From NCBI GenBank assembly GCA_964344975.1, contig CAYFPK010000003.1:2147-66146 (forward strand): a DNA stretch of 64,000 bases. The letters run 5' to 3'. Both the position numbers and the translations under genes were made by a program. Each line of letters begins with the position of its first letter. The first letter of the stretch is position 1. Shown in pieces: positions 46,035-56,174 of the stretch. The notes beneath the pieces are model-generated. The model had not been told where the DNA came from. It saw only the letters and a program-made list of their open reading frames with translations, and searched no databases. Source of the stretch: Candidatus Woesearchaeota archaeon. Lineage in GTDB: Archaea; Nanobdellota; Nanobdellia; SCGC-AAA011-G17; GW2011-AR18.

Positions 46035-47744
46035 TCATTCTATAAACAGTTTATGCCACAGCTCAAAGTTGATAAAGAACCATTCCATATTGCTTCTTGT
46101 TCTTGCTTTTTCTGTGTTCTTGAAGAATTTTTTATAGACTGCATCCTTCTCGTCTAATATATTTCTTTGCTCAGCAATCATCTCTTGAATTGGTACGGGA
46201 AATCCTGCCTTTTTTCTTGTCAAGATCTCTTTGGGAAGACTTTTTTGTAAGGCTTCTTTTAAGATTGTTTTTCCTGGCATTTTTTGTGCGAAAGGGATGT
46301 TACGGCTTAATTCGATCATTCTGTGATCTAAAAATGGTACTCTGCTTTCAATGGAGGTTGCCATGCTCATACGGTCTTGTTTTCTTAACAGTTCTTGTAA
46401 GTATGTTTTTTGGTCTAATTCTAAACAATCGTTTGGAGTTCTTTTGAAGTTTTCTGTAACGTTTTTTGTTTTGCCTATTAACTCTTGTGTTTGTTGTGCA
46501 GAGTTTTGTTCAATCAATTGTTGGTAACTGTCTTTTGGATCTGTTAGTATTCTTTTTACGGTGGCCTTTTTAGCTAACGGCGTGTTTTTTATACTGTTGT
46601 ACAATGCTTTTTTTGCGGGTAGATTTTTGAATTTTAGTGCTTGGTTATATCTGTAATATTTGTCGTAGCCTGCAAACAGTTCATCTGCGCCTTCGCCAGT
46701 TAATACCACTTTTACCTTTTTTGCTGCTACATCTGCTATGTGATATAACGGAACTGATGCTTGAAACGTAATAGGCTCATCGTTGTGCCAGATTAATTTT
46801 GGCAAACTTTTGGTGAAAGTTTTATTATCAATGATCTTTTCGTGGTGGTCACTTTGTATATGTTCTGCTACTTTTCTTGCATATTTAAACTCATTATATC
46901 CTTGCTGTTCAAACCCAATCGAGAATGTTTTAATTTTACCCTGATGATGTTTTTGTGCGTATGCTGCGATCGCGCTTGAGTCAAACCCGCCGCTTAAGAA
47001 AATGCCTAGCGGTACATCGCTCATTAACCTTTTTTTGACGCTATCTTCAAACAAAGATTCTATCTTCTCTTTATAGCTTCCTTCAATTTCTTTGAAATCT
47101 TTTTTCCAGTATGCTTTTGTTAAAATCTTTTTTGTCTTGGTGTTAATGATAAGATACGTTGCGGGAGGAATGCTTGTAATGCCTTTAAATAATGTGTTGT
47201 TGCCTAGATTATACCGCATTCGGGTAATTTCTGTAAGCGTATCTACATCTACTTGTGCTGTGTACTCTTTATATGCTAAGAGTGCTTTAATTTCTGATGC
47301 GAACAGTAGTGCCTCTTTAGTCTTTAGTACATATAGCGGTTTTATGCCTATTCTGTCTCGTGCTATGAAGACTTCTTTTCTTTTACTGTCATAAATTGCA
47401 AACGCAAACATACCGTTGATTTTTTCAAGGCATTTTTGACCCCATTGGTTGTATGCGTGTAAAACTGTCTCTGTGTCTGATGTTGTTGTGCACCTGGTTT
47501 TGAGTTGTTTTCTTATTTCTTGGTGATTGTATATTTCGCCGTTGTAGACAATCGTTAAATGTTTGTAGCTCATCGGTTGTGCGCCACTTTCTAGGTCTAC
47601 GATGCTTAGCCTTTGATGACCTAACATCACATTTTTGTCGATGAAAGTGCCGTGGCTATCTGGACCGCGGTGTTGTAACTTTGCGGTCATCTTTTTGAGA
47701 AGTTTTTTGTCTTCAAGACCTATAACTGCTGTAATCCCGCACAT
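46035..47744 (-). CDS. asnB: Asparagine synthetase (glutamine-hydrolysing) family amidotransferase
   Basis: MCGI N-terminal nucleophile of class II glutamine amidotransferases. PP-loop region (IFLSGGFDSSAIAA). 569 aa. Confidence 0.85.
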   Translation of the reverse strand: MCGITAVIGLEDKKLLKKMTAKLQHRGPDSHGTFIDKNVMLGHQRLSIVDLESGAQPMSYKHLTIVYNGEIYNHQEIRKQLKTRCTTTSDTETVLHAYNQWGQKCLEKINGMFAFAIYDSKRKEVFIARDRIGIKPLYVLKTKEALLFASEIKALLAYKEYTAQVDVDTLTEITRMRYNLGNNTLFKGITSIPPATYLIINTKTKKILTKAYWKKDFKEIEGSYKEKIESLFEDSVKKRLMSDVPLGIFLSGGFDSSAIAAYAQKHHQGKIKTFSIGFEQQGYNEFKYARKVAEHIQSDHHEKIIDNKTFTKSLPKLIWHNDEPITFQASVPLYHIADVAAKKVKVVLTGEGADELFAGYDKYYRYNQALKFKNLPAKKALYNSIKNTPLAKKATVKRILTDPKDSYQQLIEQNSAQQTQELIGKTKNVTENFKRTPNDCLELDQKTYLQELLRKQDRMSMATSIESRVPFLDHRMIELSRNIPFAQKMPGKTILKEALQKSLPKEILTRKKAGFPVPIQEMIAEQRNILDEKDAVYKKFFKNTEKARTRSNMEWFFINFELWHKLFIE

Positions 47745-49441
47745 AGTTTTGTATCCTTTTTTTCTAGAAAAATTATTGTTTTAATGTTGTTTTTACCTTG
47801 TAGTTGTGTTCTGTATGCTACTTCTTTTTCTAAATAATTTTTTGAAACGGTTATTTCTTGCGTTTTTTTGTTTACTGCTGATGTGTACCATTTTATCTTG
47901 TCTTGATGGATGAAGTTTTGTACGAATTCTCCAGGTGCTTCGTCTTCTATGATAATCGCTTTATCTTTTATGTATGTTACGGTTCGTTTTTTATTGTCGT
48001 GGGTTATTACCCATTTGTTATCGGTTGCTTCAATTATTTTACCTTGCTTGGTGTTTATCCAGCCAAATTTTGTTTTGGGTGTTGCTTGGCGTTTTTCTGT
48101 GATTATTGTATTATGTGCTTCTTGGCTTCGTAATTTCTCTCTTAACTCATCGTTGTAGCTGAATGTTCCTGCTTCAATTAGGATCGGTTTGTTTTTGTAG
48201 GTTATGGTTATACTTAATGCATCTTCATGCGTATGTGTGTGTTGTGGCTCGCCGTTAAATCCAGCAACTAAGCTTAGTTGTAGGTTATCTTTGTGGATCT
48301 GTACTAACCCTGCTTGCTTGTCTATTCTTATTCCGCTTTGTTCTCTTGCGTGAACTTTTTTGAAGGTCTCTGTACCTTTTTTTCCTAAGAACCAAGCTAG
48401 ACATTGGTCTCTTGTTGTACAAGCAGCTTTGAAATCTCCTCTTTTGAAAAGTACTGTTGCAAGACTGAAGGTGTCTGTTCGTGACTTGCGTACGTGTGCG
48501 CCTAAATTGAAGACTCTGCTATCATCACTGTCACCGATTTCTTGTGTTGGATAATATAGTAGGCATTTAACCATCTTTTCGAGTCTGTTTGTAAACTCTG
48601 TACCCATACCTTGGTTATGTAGCTGTGCTAACAAATACACTTGTAAGAAGAGGTCTGTTGTGAATTTGTGGTAGTTTGTAGATTGTTCCCAGTTTGTACC
48701 TTCTGCTGTTGTTTGTCTTTGCATCTGATTTTGTATTTCATTGAGATAGGGTCTTGCGTTAATTTTAAGCTCTGGAAATGTTAAGCTTGCATAAATGAGT
48801 CCGGTGAGTTCTCCAATAAGATGATTGTTGCCGTTTTTAGTTAGATTTTCTTTAATGAAGGTTGTGTGTAAATAAATTTGTTCGAGTAATTTTTCTTCTT
48901 TGCTGAGCATATACGTCCAGATGAACGTGATATTTCTCAGTGCCACTTCAAGGGTGCTTGACCAGTTTACGCCTTGTTTATAGGGGTTTTGTTCAATCCA
49001 GCTTTCAATGTGTGCTTGTAGGGTGTGCTGATATTTTGGATCGTTTGTTAGTAGATATGCTTGAGCTAACGTGTAGAAATGTTGACACCTGTTGAGCTCC
49101 CACACTGCTTTAATATCTGCTCCTTGCCTATTAAAATTGTACTCTTTTGCGAATTTTCTTTGCCAGGTGTAGCCTTCAAAAAAATCTCTGTGCCAGTTTA
49201 AATTGAAATGGATTGCTTTAGTGAATAATAATATTTTTCCTCTTCGTATTTCGTCTGCTGCTTTGATTATGTCTTCTTTCTCTTTTTTGGTGAGTTCATT
49301 TATCTCGCATGCGAAAAACTTTTTTGGGTTGTTTTTCATGTTTTTTATTATCTTTTTATCTACTTTTGTTTTGGTGAAGCTTCTGAGAAATTTGTAGTCT
49401 TTTTCTAGTTTGTTTTTTACTCTTGTACTAAAGGGTTTCAT
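47720..49441 (-). CDS. Heparinase II/III-like family protein
   Basis: Alpha-helical N-terminal region and a C-terminal beta-rich domain with ...HTHTHEDALSITITYKNKPILIEAGTFSY..., resembling the Hepar_II_III signature. Proteins of this kind often sit next to asnB-like genes in surface-glycan loci. Confidence 0.55.
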   Translation of the reverse strand: MKPFSTRVKNKLEKDYKFLRSFTKTKVDKKIIKNMKNNPKKFFACEINELTKKEKEDIIKAADEIRRGKILLFTKAIHFNLNWHRDFFEGYTWQRKFAKEYNFNRQGADIKAVWELNRCQHFYTLAQAYLLTNDPKYQHTLQAHIESWIEQNPYKQGVNWSSTLEVALRNITFIWTYMLSKEEKLLEQIYLHTTFIKENLTKNGNNHLIGELTGLIYASLTFPELKINARPYLNEIQNQMQRQTTAEGTNWEQSTNYHKFTTDLFLQVYLLAQLHNQGMGTEFTNRLEKMVKCLLYYPTQEIGDSDDSRVFNLGAHVRKSRTDTFSLATVLFKRGDFKAACTTRDQCLAWFLGKKGTETFKKVHAREQSGIRIDKQAGLVQIHKDNLQLSLVAGFNGEPQHTHTHEDALSITITYKNKPILIEAGTFSYNDELREKLRSQEAHNTIITEKRQATPKTKFGWINTKQGKIIEATDNKWVITHDNKKRTVTYIKDKAIIIEDEAPGEFVQNFIHQDKIKWYTSAVNKKTQEITVSKNYLEKEVAYRTQLQGKNNIKTIIFLEKKDTKLCAGLQQL

Positions 49442-50480
49442 AGGCTTGTATGAGTCTGTGCTCTTGCTGCTCCCAGTTGTATTTTTTTTGTGCTAGGTTA
49501 TAGCTGCGTTTTTGCATCTCTTTAACCTTTTGCTTGTTGTTTATACACCATTGCATGGCTTTTTTTATGTTTTCTGTAGTTGGTTCTATAGTTAGCCCTA
49601 CTTTTTCTTGCTTAACTGCTTTTAGTCCTGGTAGGTTGGAAACTATACTGATACATGCTCCTTGCATGTAGTCATAGATTTTATTTGGTGCTGCGTAGTA
49701 ATTGTTTTTTGAGGTGTTTTCTAATAATAGAAATCCTACGTCTGCTTTTCTGCATTCTTCTTGCACTTGCGTGAAGGTAACTTTACCTTTGAATTCTATG
49801 TTGTTGTTTGCTAGCTTTTTGAGTTGTTTTTCTTGATTGCCGTAGCCGACAATTTTTAGTCTACAGTTTATTTGGTTTGCTGCTTGGATGATTTTGTCTA
49901 ATGATCTGCCTTTGCCTAGAACTCCTACATAGAGGAAGGTGAATGTATCTTTTTTCTCTTTTTTGGTGTTTGTGTTGGGGAAATTTTCTAAGACTATGAT
50001 TCTTTTGAGGTTGTATCTTTTTTGGAAGATTTGTTTTCTAAATTCGTTTGCTGTAATTACTAGTTTTGCTTTTTTGCTTAATCTTCTTTCTTTTTTGATT
50101 AGTTTTCTTCTTTTGCTTTTGCTTATTCCTGCGACATCTGTTGCTAGCTCATGTGCGTCGTATATAAGGGGTTTTGCTTTTATCTTTGCTGCTAAATATG
50201 CGTAAGGTAGCGTATCAATGTCGTGCGCGTGGTAGGCGTCTGCTTTTGCAGTAAGTGCTTTGCTGTATCTAAGCAGCATTGCTTTTGCTTTGCCTTGCAA
50301 TGAGTTGTTGTAGCCGGTGATGCTGTTTCTTATACCGTTTACTTTTATTGTTTGTGACTTTTTGTTCTTCTCAAAGGTGTAGACTGTGACGTTGTGCCCT
50401 GCTTTTTGCAAGCTTTGTGCCTCTTTGAAGACTCTGTAGTCTGTTGCGAAATCCTTGTTTAGTAGCATGCAAATGTTCAT
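49428..50480 (-). CDS. Glycosyltransferase family 4
   Basis: GT4 architecture (N-terminal Glyco_trans_4-like, C-terminal ...FLYVGVLGKGRS...KIVGYG...). Confidence 0.75.
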   Translation of the reverse strand: MNICMLLNKDFATDYRVFKEAQSLQKAGHNVTVYTFEKNKKSQTIKVNGIRNSITGYNNSLQGKAKAMLLRYSKALTAKADAYHAHDIDTLPYAYLAAKIKAKPLIYDAHELATDVAGISKSKRRKLIKKERRLSKKAKLVITANEFRKQIFQKRYNLKRIIVLENFPNTNTKKEKKDTFTFLYVGVLGKGRSLDKIIQAANQINCRLKIVGYGNQEKQLKKLANNNIEFKGKVTFTQVQEECRKADVGFLLLENTSKNNYYAAPNKIYDYMQGACISIVSNLPGLKAVKQEKVGLTIEPTTENIKKAMQWCINNKQKVKEMQKRSYNLAQKKYNWEQQEHRLIQAYETL

Positions 50481-50503
50481 GCTTTTTTGTGTAGAAGATC
50501 TGC

Positions 50504-51889
50504 TTATATGGCTTTTGTTAGCTGTACATACTTGTATTTTTTGTCTGTATAGCTTACTTGTCCCTTATAGCCTTGGATGCTCACAGGGGTGTCTTTAGGG
50601 TAGATAATTAGGCCAAAGCTGGCGGGTGCGTTCTTGGCTTTATTTTGCTCAATTTTTATTTGTTCTCGCGTTTGCCACCACTCTGCCACCTCTTTAAGTG
50701 AAGCGTGCCATGCTTTTTTGTATGTTTTAAGTAATTTTTTTATAAAATACGTTTGTGTGTTGTCTGGATGTTGTGAAACTATGATTGTTGCGTTTACTTG
50801 TTTTTTGGGTAGCTGTGTGGCTTCATAATAGATTACTGGTAGTTCGATATACCTCGTTTTTTCTTTGAGTACTGGTCTATATGGTAACGTCGTACCGTTA
50901 GGTGTCCAAGTGCTGTCAAAGCCCATACTTTTTCCAAAGCTAAATGCTGAAGAATCATAGAGGATGTCTAATTTGTTGAGATAGGTGAATATTTTTGGAG
51001 TAAAACTGTGTGGGTGATGGAGTCTTGTTCCGTTTATATTACCAATCTGTTTTTTGAGCTCTTTATACTGATCTTTAAGTACTTTTTCTGTAATTATGTT
51101 TGTTGCGTACGGGGACTCAACGGTCATATTGTTATATGGGCCGATTGTAAAACCAAAATGTAATTCTAAATCTGTACCTTCTTGTGCTTGTGCTGTGTAG
51201 CTTTTTCTGCCTGTACCTTTTGGTGGCATTTCTGTGTTTTCTTCTTGTAAATACTTTTTTGGCCGTACAAAGAAGGTGTTCTTTTTGGTTAGCGTAAATG
51301 GTGTAATATACCATCTTGTTGGCAGGTGAATTTTTGTGCCTATCTTGAAGCTGAGTTTTGCTAGACTTCCGTGGATGAAACTTACAAAATCTTTGTTGTA
51401 GTATTTTCCTGCTGCAAGCATGCTGTACTTATAACTAACCCTGTTTGGTAAAATTTTTGTAAGTATTTTTTTAATTATTCCCTGCTTTTGTCGAATAATG
51501 TCCCATTGTAATAAATGATCGATGTCACCTGAAAAGCTGAGGCTATTTTTGTATTTTATATGCGGAAAGTAGTGAATTCTTATTAACGCTTTTTTTGCTG
51601 CTCTTGCTGCGTTTTCTAGTTGGATGAGTAGTTCTTCTCTTTGTTCGTCCCACCCCAAATTGTCTGCATACTCTTTGTCACATATTTCTAGCCTTGAGAG
51701 TTTTGCTATTTTTTCATAGATCTCGTTGTTGAGCAGGATCATTGGGCAGTGTTTTTTTTCGCTTCGATCTGTTATGTAGAGATCTAGATCCTTTTTGTAT
51801 CCAACGCTGTAGGTAACTCCGAGCTGGTTAAGTACTATCTGTGCTGCTTTGAGCGTCTCGTTTGTCGGTGTTTTAAGTCCGATTTTCAT
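50504..51889 (-). CDS. Hypothetical protein (461 aa), possibly a carbohydrate esterase-like enzyme
   Basis: Weak NodB-like elements (FSGDIDH, HHPHSF). In an operon with glycan genes. Confidence 0.3.
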   Translation of the reverse strand: MKIGLKTPTNETLKAAQIVLNQLGVTYSVGYKKDLDLYITDRSEKKHCPMILLNNEIYEKIAKLSRLEICDKEYADNLGWDEQREELLIQLENAARAAKKALIRIHYFPHIKYKNSLSFSGDIDHLLQWDIIRQKQGIIKKILTKILPNRVSYKYSMLAAGKYYNKDFVSFIHGSLAKLSFKIGTKIHLPTRWYITPFTLTKKNTFFVRPKKYLQEENTEMPPKGTGRKSYTAQAQEGTDLELHFGFTIGPYNNMTVESPYATNIITEKVLKDQYKELKKQIGNINGTRLHHPHSFTPKIFTYLNKLDILYDSSAFSFGKSMGFDSTWTPNGTTLPYRPVLKEKTRYIELPVIYYEATQLPKKQVNATIIVSQHPDNTQTYFIKKLLKTYKKAWHASLKEVAEWWQTREQIKIEQNKAKNAPASFGLIIYPKDTPVSIQGYKGQVSYTDKKYKYVQLTKAI

Positions 51890-53087
51890 ACTTTTTGTAG
51901 TATATGCGATGTAGCATATATTGTCCTATGATGGATATAACTGTTGCGGCTGCTGCGCCCATGATGTTGAATAAGGGGATTAATGTAAAATTTAACAGTA
52001 TGTTGAGTGTGGATGTGCCTATGGCGATGTTTCGCAGTGCTTTACCTTGACCTTTTGACGCTAAATATTGGTTGTATGGTTGGTACAATCCTGCAAAGAA
52101 CATGGCTACTGCTAAGATGGGGATGATTGCTAATGCAGGTGTATATTTGTCGCCGAATAAAGTTATGAAGAGAAAGTTGCCTATGATGAAGTAGGTTAAA
52201 AGTCCAATCGAAAGTACTGTTCTATTGGTGTTAAGGACCTTTTTGCTAATGCCTTGCTCGGTGTAGAATCCTTTAAACTTAACTTGCCCTATTGATTTTG
52301 CAAAGTAGGAAAGAGGTGTAACAAATAATACTGCCAAGCCGTAGTATCCAATCACTGTTGTGGAGAAGAAAAATCCTAACACTAATTTATCTGTCTCGTA
52401 GGTGATAATGTCAATTGCGCGTGCGATGTAAATGTAAAACCCATAGCTTTTAATTTCTTTAATTAATTCTTTTGTATGTTGTTTTATGTTTTGAAATTTT
52501 GGTTTGAGTTGATGTACCATGTACAGCGTTACTATGGTCAGTGCTGTGTAGGATGCTGTTAGCACGGTTATTGCATAAATCTCTTTTATGAGAAATAGGG
52601 TGAATACTGTGAGTAGTGCAATGATGGTGGGTGCAGCTCTGTATATTGCTAAACTTTTTATCTTGTGTAAACCTTTTAGTGTTTCTTGGATTGTTTCTTG
52701 CAACGGTAGTAGAATCATAAACGGTGCGATGTAGAGCATAATGTGTGCGATGTTACTTTTGAAAATGTGATCGACCAAAAATGAAAATCCTGCAAAGCTT
52801 GCAGCAAAACATGTTCCGATGATTGCGCTGATTATTAAAACAGTACCTATGATTTCATTTTTGTCTTCAGTGTTTTTGAGTACTAACCTTGATGCTGCAT
52901 CTGATGCGCCAAAGTTGAAGATGAGATTTCCTATACCTGCTAAGGTGAGTGTAAAGACGAGCATTCCGAACTCTTCTACGGTTAGTGCTCGTGCTTTTAG
53001 GATGCTGTAGAGGAATCCTACTCCCATCAGGAGAATGTATGAGCTGAAGAGCCAGGAGGTCTTTTTTATTAATTTAGAGTTGAACAT
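51873..53087 (-). CDS. Wzx-like oligosaccharide flippase (MOP superfamily)
   Basis: 404 aa, ~12 TM helices with the composition pattern of polysaccharide-biosynthesis (Wzx/RfbX) proteins. Sits in the glycan operon. Confidence 0.65.
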   Translation of the reverse strand: MFNSKLIKKTSWLFSSYILLMGVGFLYSILKARALTVEEFGMLVFTLTLAGIGNLIFNFGASDAASRLVLKNTEDKNEIIGTVLIISAIIGTCFAASFAGFSFLVDHIFKSNIAHIMLYIAPFMILLPLQETIQETLKGLHKIKSLAIYRAAPTIIALLTVFTLFLIKEIYAITVLTASYTALTIVTLYMVHQLKPKFQNIKQHTKELIKEIKSYGFYIYIARAIDIITYETDKLVLGFFFSTTVIGYYGLAVLFVTPLSYFAKSIGQVKFKGFYTEQGISKKVLNTNRTVLSIGLLTYFIIGNFLFITLFGDKYTPALAIIPILAVAMFFAGLYQPYNQYLASKGQGKALRNIAIGTSTLNILLNFTLIPLFNIMGAAAATVISIIGQYMLHRIYYKKYENRT

Positions 53088-53110
53088 GGCTTTTTGTGGG
53101 TTTGTTTGTT

Positions 53111-54805
53111 TTAAATACTTTTTTCAACCAAATAATCGCCTAAAATTAAGTAATCTATGCCTGTGCCGATAAAACATCTAATTGCATCTTGTGGTGTACA
53201 GACAATTGGTTCGCCGCGAATGTTAAAGGAGGTGTTGACAATAACTGGGCATTTAGTTAACTTTTCAAACTCCTTTATGAGTGTATAATACTTTTTGTTT
53301 TGCTTTTTGTTAATGCTTTGCACTCGTCCTGTATGTTTTTGACCGTGAACTACCGTAGGTATTTCTTTTATCTTTTTTGCTTTATGTACAAAGAGCATAA
53401 ATGGAAGTTTTTTTTCAGTTGTTTCAAAGTATTCTTGCACGTTTTCTTCTAGGATAGTTGGTGCGAATGGTCTGAAACTCTCTCTGTGTTTTACTTTTTT
53501 GTTTAAAATGTCCTGCATCTCTTTTGGTCGTGGGTCTGCGATGATTGATCTGTTGCCTAAAGCTCTTGGTCCAAACTCCATACGTCCTTGAAACCAGCCA
53601 ATAACGTTTTTCTTTGTTAACAGTTTTGCTGTTGTTTTGCAAATGTCTTTTTGTTTGGTTGCTTTTACCGGGAATTGTGAGATTGCCTTTTTTATTTCTT
53701 CTTCAGTATATTCTGGGCCAAAGTAGACGTTGTCAATTTCGTGTCTTTTAGTTTGTTTTAGTTTTGCATGGTATACTAAGAGTGCTGCACCGATGCTTGT
53801 GCCGTCGTCACCTGCTGCTGGCATAATGTAGATGTTTTTGAATGGTGTCTTCTTGGTAATCTTACCATTAACCACACAGTTAAGCGCGCATCCGCCACCA
53901 ATCACTAAATTATCTGAAGGGGATTTTTTGTGTAAATAATTTAAGAGTTTACATGTAATCTCTTCAAACACCAATTGTAAGGATGCTGCAATGTCTGCGT
54001 GGCGTTGCAACATTTCTGTTTCAGGTTTTCGAGGTTTACCCAATGCTTTGCTTAGTTTTTTGCTATACAACTTGGGTTGTTTGCCTGTCCAGGCCGAGCC
54101 TTTTACATGATATAGGAAGTAAGATGTGTCCACGGTATATTTTCCGTTATTGTATTTCATTATTTTTCTAAACAAGGATGCGTAAATCGGTTTTCCTAAA
54201 TCTGCTAGGCCCATCACCTTGTACTCGCCGTTGTTTGGTCTAAATCCTAAAAATTGTGTGACAGCACTGTATACGTATCCTAGCGAATGCGGAAAGTAGT
54301 TGAGCGTGTGTATCTTTATCTTGTTCTGCTTACCATAGCCCATCATAGAGCAGACAAAGTCACCTAAAGCGTCATAAGAAAAAATTGCTGCTTCTTTGTA
54401 CGGTGAGGGGTAGTACGTACCTGCAACATGGGTTAAATGATGATCGATAAAGTGAATTTTTGCTTTTGGATTTAGACTTTTGAGCTGTTTGTGGAATTCT
54501 AATGTCTTTTTTCTTTTTTGTGTTCTATTTTTGAACACGCCTAACGATTTTGGTAAGTATTTTAGTACGTGTTTAATTTTTTTGTTATTTCTTAACTTAG
54601 GATTGTTTGAAATGGCTATATGATCTATCTCTGTTGGACTAATCTTTGCCTGCTGTAAACAAAATTGAATGGCCTCGTATGGAAAGTCTTGGCTGTGTTT
54701 TTTACGGTCAAAACGTTCTTGTGCTGCTGCTGCTATCACTTTACCGTCTTTTATTAACGCAGCTGATGCATCGTATGCGTACGCGTTTAAACCGAGGATG
54801 TACAT
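53111..54805 (-). CDS. NodU/CmcH-family carbamoyltransferase
   Basis: N-terminal Kae1/YgjD-like ASKHA domain (ILGLNAYAYDASAALIKDGKVIAAAAQERFDRKKH...HHLTH...) and a C-terminal carbamoyltransferase domain. 564 aa. Confidence 0.85.
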   Translation of the reverse strand: MYILGLNAYAYDASAALIKDGKVIAAAAQERFDRKKHSQDFPYEAIQFCLQQAKISPTEIDHIAISNNPKLRNNKKIKHVLKYLPKSLGVFKNRTQKRKKTLEFHKQLKSLNPKAKIHFIDHHLTHVAGTYYPSPYKEAAIFSYDALGDFVCSMMGYGKQNKIKIHTLNYFPHSLGYVYSAVTQFLGFRPNNGEYKVMGLADLGKPIYASLFRKIMKYNNGKYTVDTSYFLYHVKGSAWTGKQPKLYSKKLSKALGKPRKPETEMLQRHADIAASLQLVFEEITCKLLNYLHKKSPSDNLVIGGGCALNCVVNGKITKKTPFKNIYIMPAAGDDGTSIGAALLVYHAKLKQTKRHEIDNVYFGPEYTEEEIKKAISQFPVKATKQKDICKTTAKLLTKKNVIGWFQGRMEFGPRALGNRSIIADPRPKEMQDILNKKVKHRESFRPFAPTILEENVQEYFETTEKKLPFMLFVHKAKKIKEIPTVVHGQKHTGRVQSINKKQNKKYYTLIKEFEKLTKCPVIVNTSFNIRGEPIVCTPQDAIRCFIGTGIDYLILGDYLVEKSI

Positions 54806-54811
54806 GGTTTT

Positions 54812-55708
54812 TTGTCTTTTGAGAAGTTATATAAAGGTTGTTTTGTTTGCGGGTCTATGGCCAAAAATCCCGTGTTTTCGCTGCGGATAGACATTGATAC
54901 CTATAAAGGTTTGCGTGCTGGTATTCCGAACCTTTTAGATGCCTTTGCGCGCTACGAAGTTCCTGCGAGTATTTACTCAGTCATGGGATGGGAAGGTGAC
55001 ATACTTTCGACTCTTAAGTATCGTATTTTACGTGCAAAAAGAGTGACGTTTTCAAACAAAGAAATTCCTGGTAAGAAATCTTCAGCGGCCTACATGAATT
55101 ATGTCAAATCAGTTCGTCCTTTGCTTTTTCCTGTTCCTTTTACCACACAAAAAAAAGTTTTTGCTCGTATGGGCTCAGAGGGTCATGAAGTCGGTACCCA
55201 TGGCTATATTCACGTGGTCTGGAATGGGTTGAAGAGACTTGAAATGGAGCGTGAGTTTGCTCGTAAAGTTGCTGCGTATCAAAAGATGTATGGTCTCAAA
55301 CCGACTGGTATGTGTACGCCTTTAGGAGTACATAACAAGGATGTTGAAGATTGTGCGCAGCAGTTTGGTTTTACGTCTGTGTCTTATCTGGGTTCAGATG
55401 CAACAAAAATGTATTCTCCTGAGGGTAAAGACTTTGTTCTAGTTCCGTCTACGTTGCATAAAGGTGAGCGGTGTGTCCCTCTTATTGAATATTACTTAAC
55501 ACAAGGATTGTCTGCAGACAAAGTAGTTGCTCACACGTGTGCAGCTATTGATGCGTCTGTTGCAAAAACCGGTTTTGCGCCCATGTATATTCACCCGAAA
55601 ATTGAAGGGTTTGTTGGTCTTTCCTGTTTAAGACGTGTGTTAGCATATGTGGTGGATTCTGGGTATGATGTGCTGACCACCAAAGATGTTGCTAAGAAAG
55701 GCATTTGA
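54812..55708 (+). CDS. Polysaccharide deacetylase (carbohydrate esterase family 4)
   Basis: NodB-homology motifs (...HEVGTHGYIHV..., R/P-rich loops). 298 aa. Confidence 0.7.
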   Translation: MSFEKLYKGCFVCGSMAKNPVFSLRIDIDTYKGLRAGIPNLLDAFARYEVPASIYSVMGWEGDILSTLKYRILRAKRVTFSNKEIPGKKSSAAYMNYVKSVRPLLFPVPFTTQKKVFARMGSEGHEVGTHGYIHVVWNGLKRLEMEREFARKVAAYQKMYGLKPTGMCTPLGVHNKDVEDCAQQFGFTSVSYLGSDATKMYSPEGKDFVLVPSTLHKGERCVPLIEYYLTQGLSADKVVAHTCAAIDASVAKTGFAPMYIHPKIEGFVGLSCLRRVLAYVVDSGYDVLTTKDVAKKGI

Positions 55709-55745
55709 TCGGTATCTTTTTAAATTCTTTATTCCTTTGCTCTTT

Positions 55746-56174
55746 ATGCACTGTTGTAATATTTATGATACTTTTGCTGCTGAAGATCTTCTTGTTAAAA
55801 ATTATACTCATTGGGGGTTATATGTTCGTAACAGAAATACCACACTAGGTAATTGTGTTGCTATAACTAAACGTCATATGGAGCGTTTTTCTGAAATTAG
55901 GCCTGAAGAGATGAAGGAGTTTGCACATGTTGTTTCTGATGTTGAACATGCTTTGGGTGCTGCCTTTTCACCTGATAAAATGAATTATCAAATGCTTATG
56001 ATGGTTGATTCCCACACTCATTTTCATATTATCCCTCGTTATGCTTCTTCTCGAGAATTTGCTGGTCGTACTTGGGTAGATGAAGGATGGCCTAAACTTC
56101 CTGGTCCGCTGCAAGAGCCTGTATCCGTGAATATTTTGCAACGTGTTCGAGATAAACTACGTGGTTATCTTTGA
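55746..56174 (+). CDS. HIT-family (histidine triad) hydrolase or nucleotidyltransferase
   Basis: HTHFHIIPRY histidine-triad motif. About 142 aa from the Met at 55746. The ORF extends to 55686. Confidence 0.7.
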   Translation: MHCCNIYDTFAAEDLLVKNYTHWGLYVRNRNTTLGNCVAITKRHMERFSEIRPEEMKEFAHVVSDVEHALGAAFSPDKMNYQMLMMVDSHTHFHIIPRYASSREFAGRTWVDEGWPKLPGPLQEPVSVNILQRVRDKLRGYL

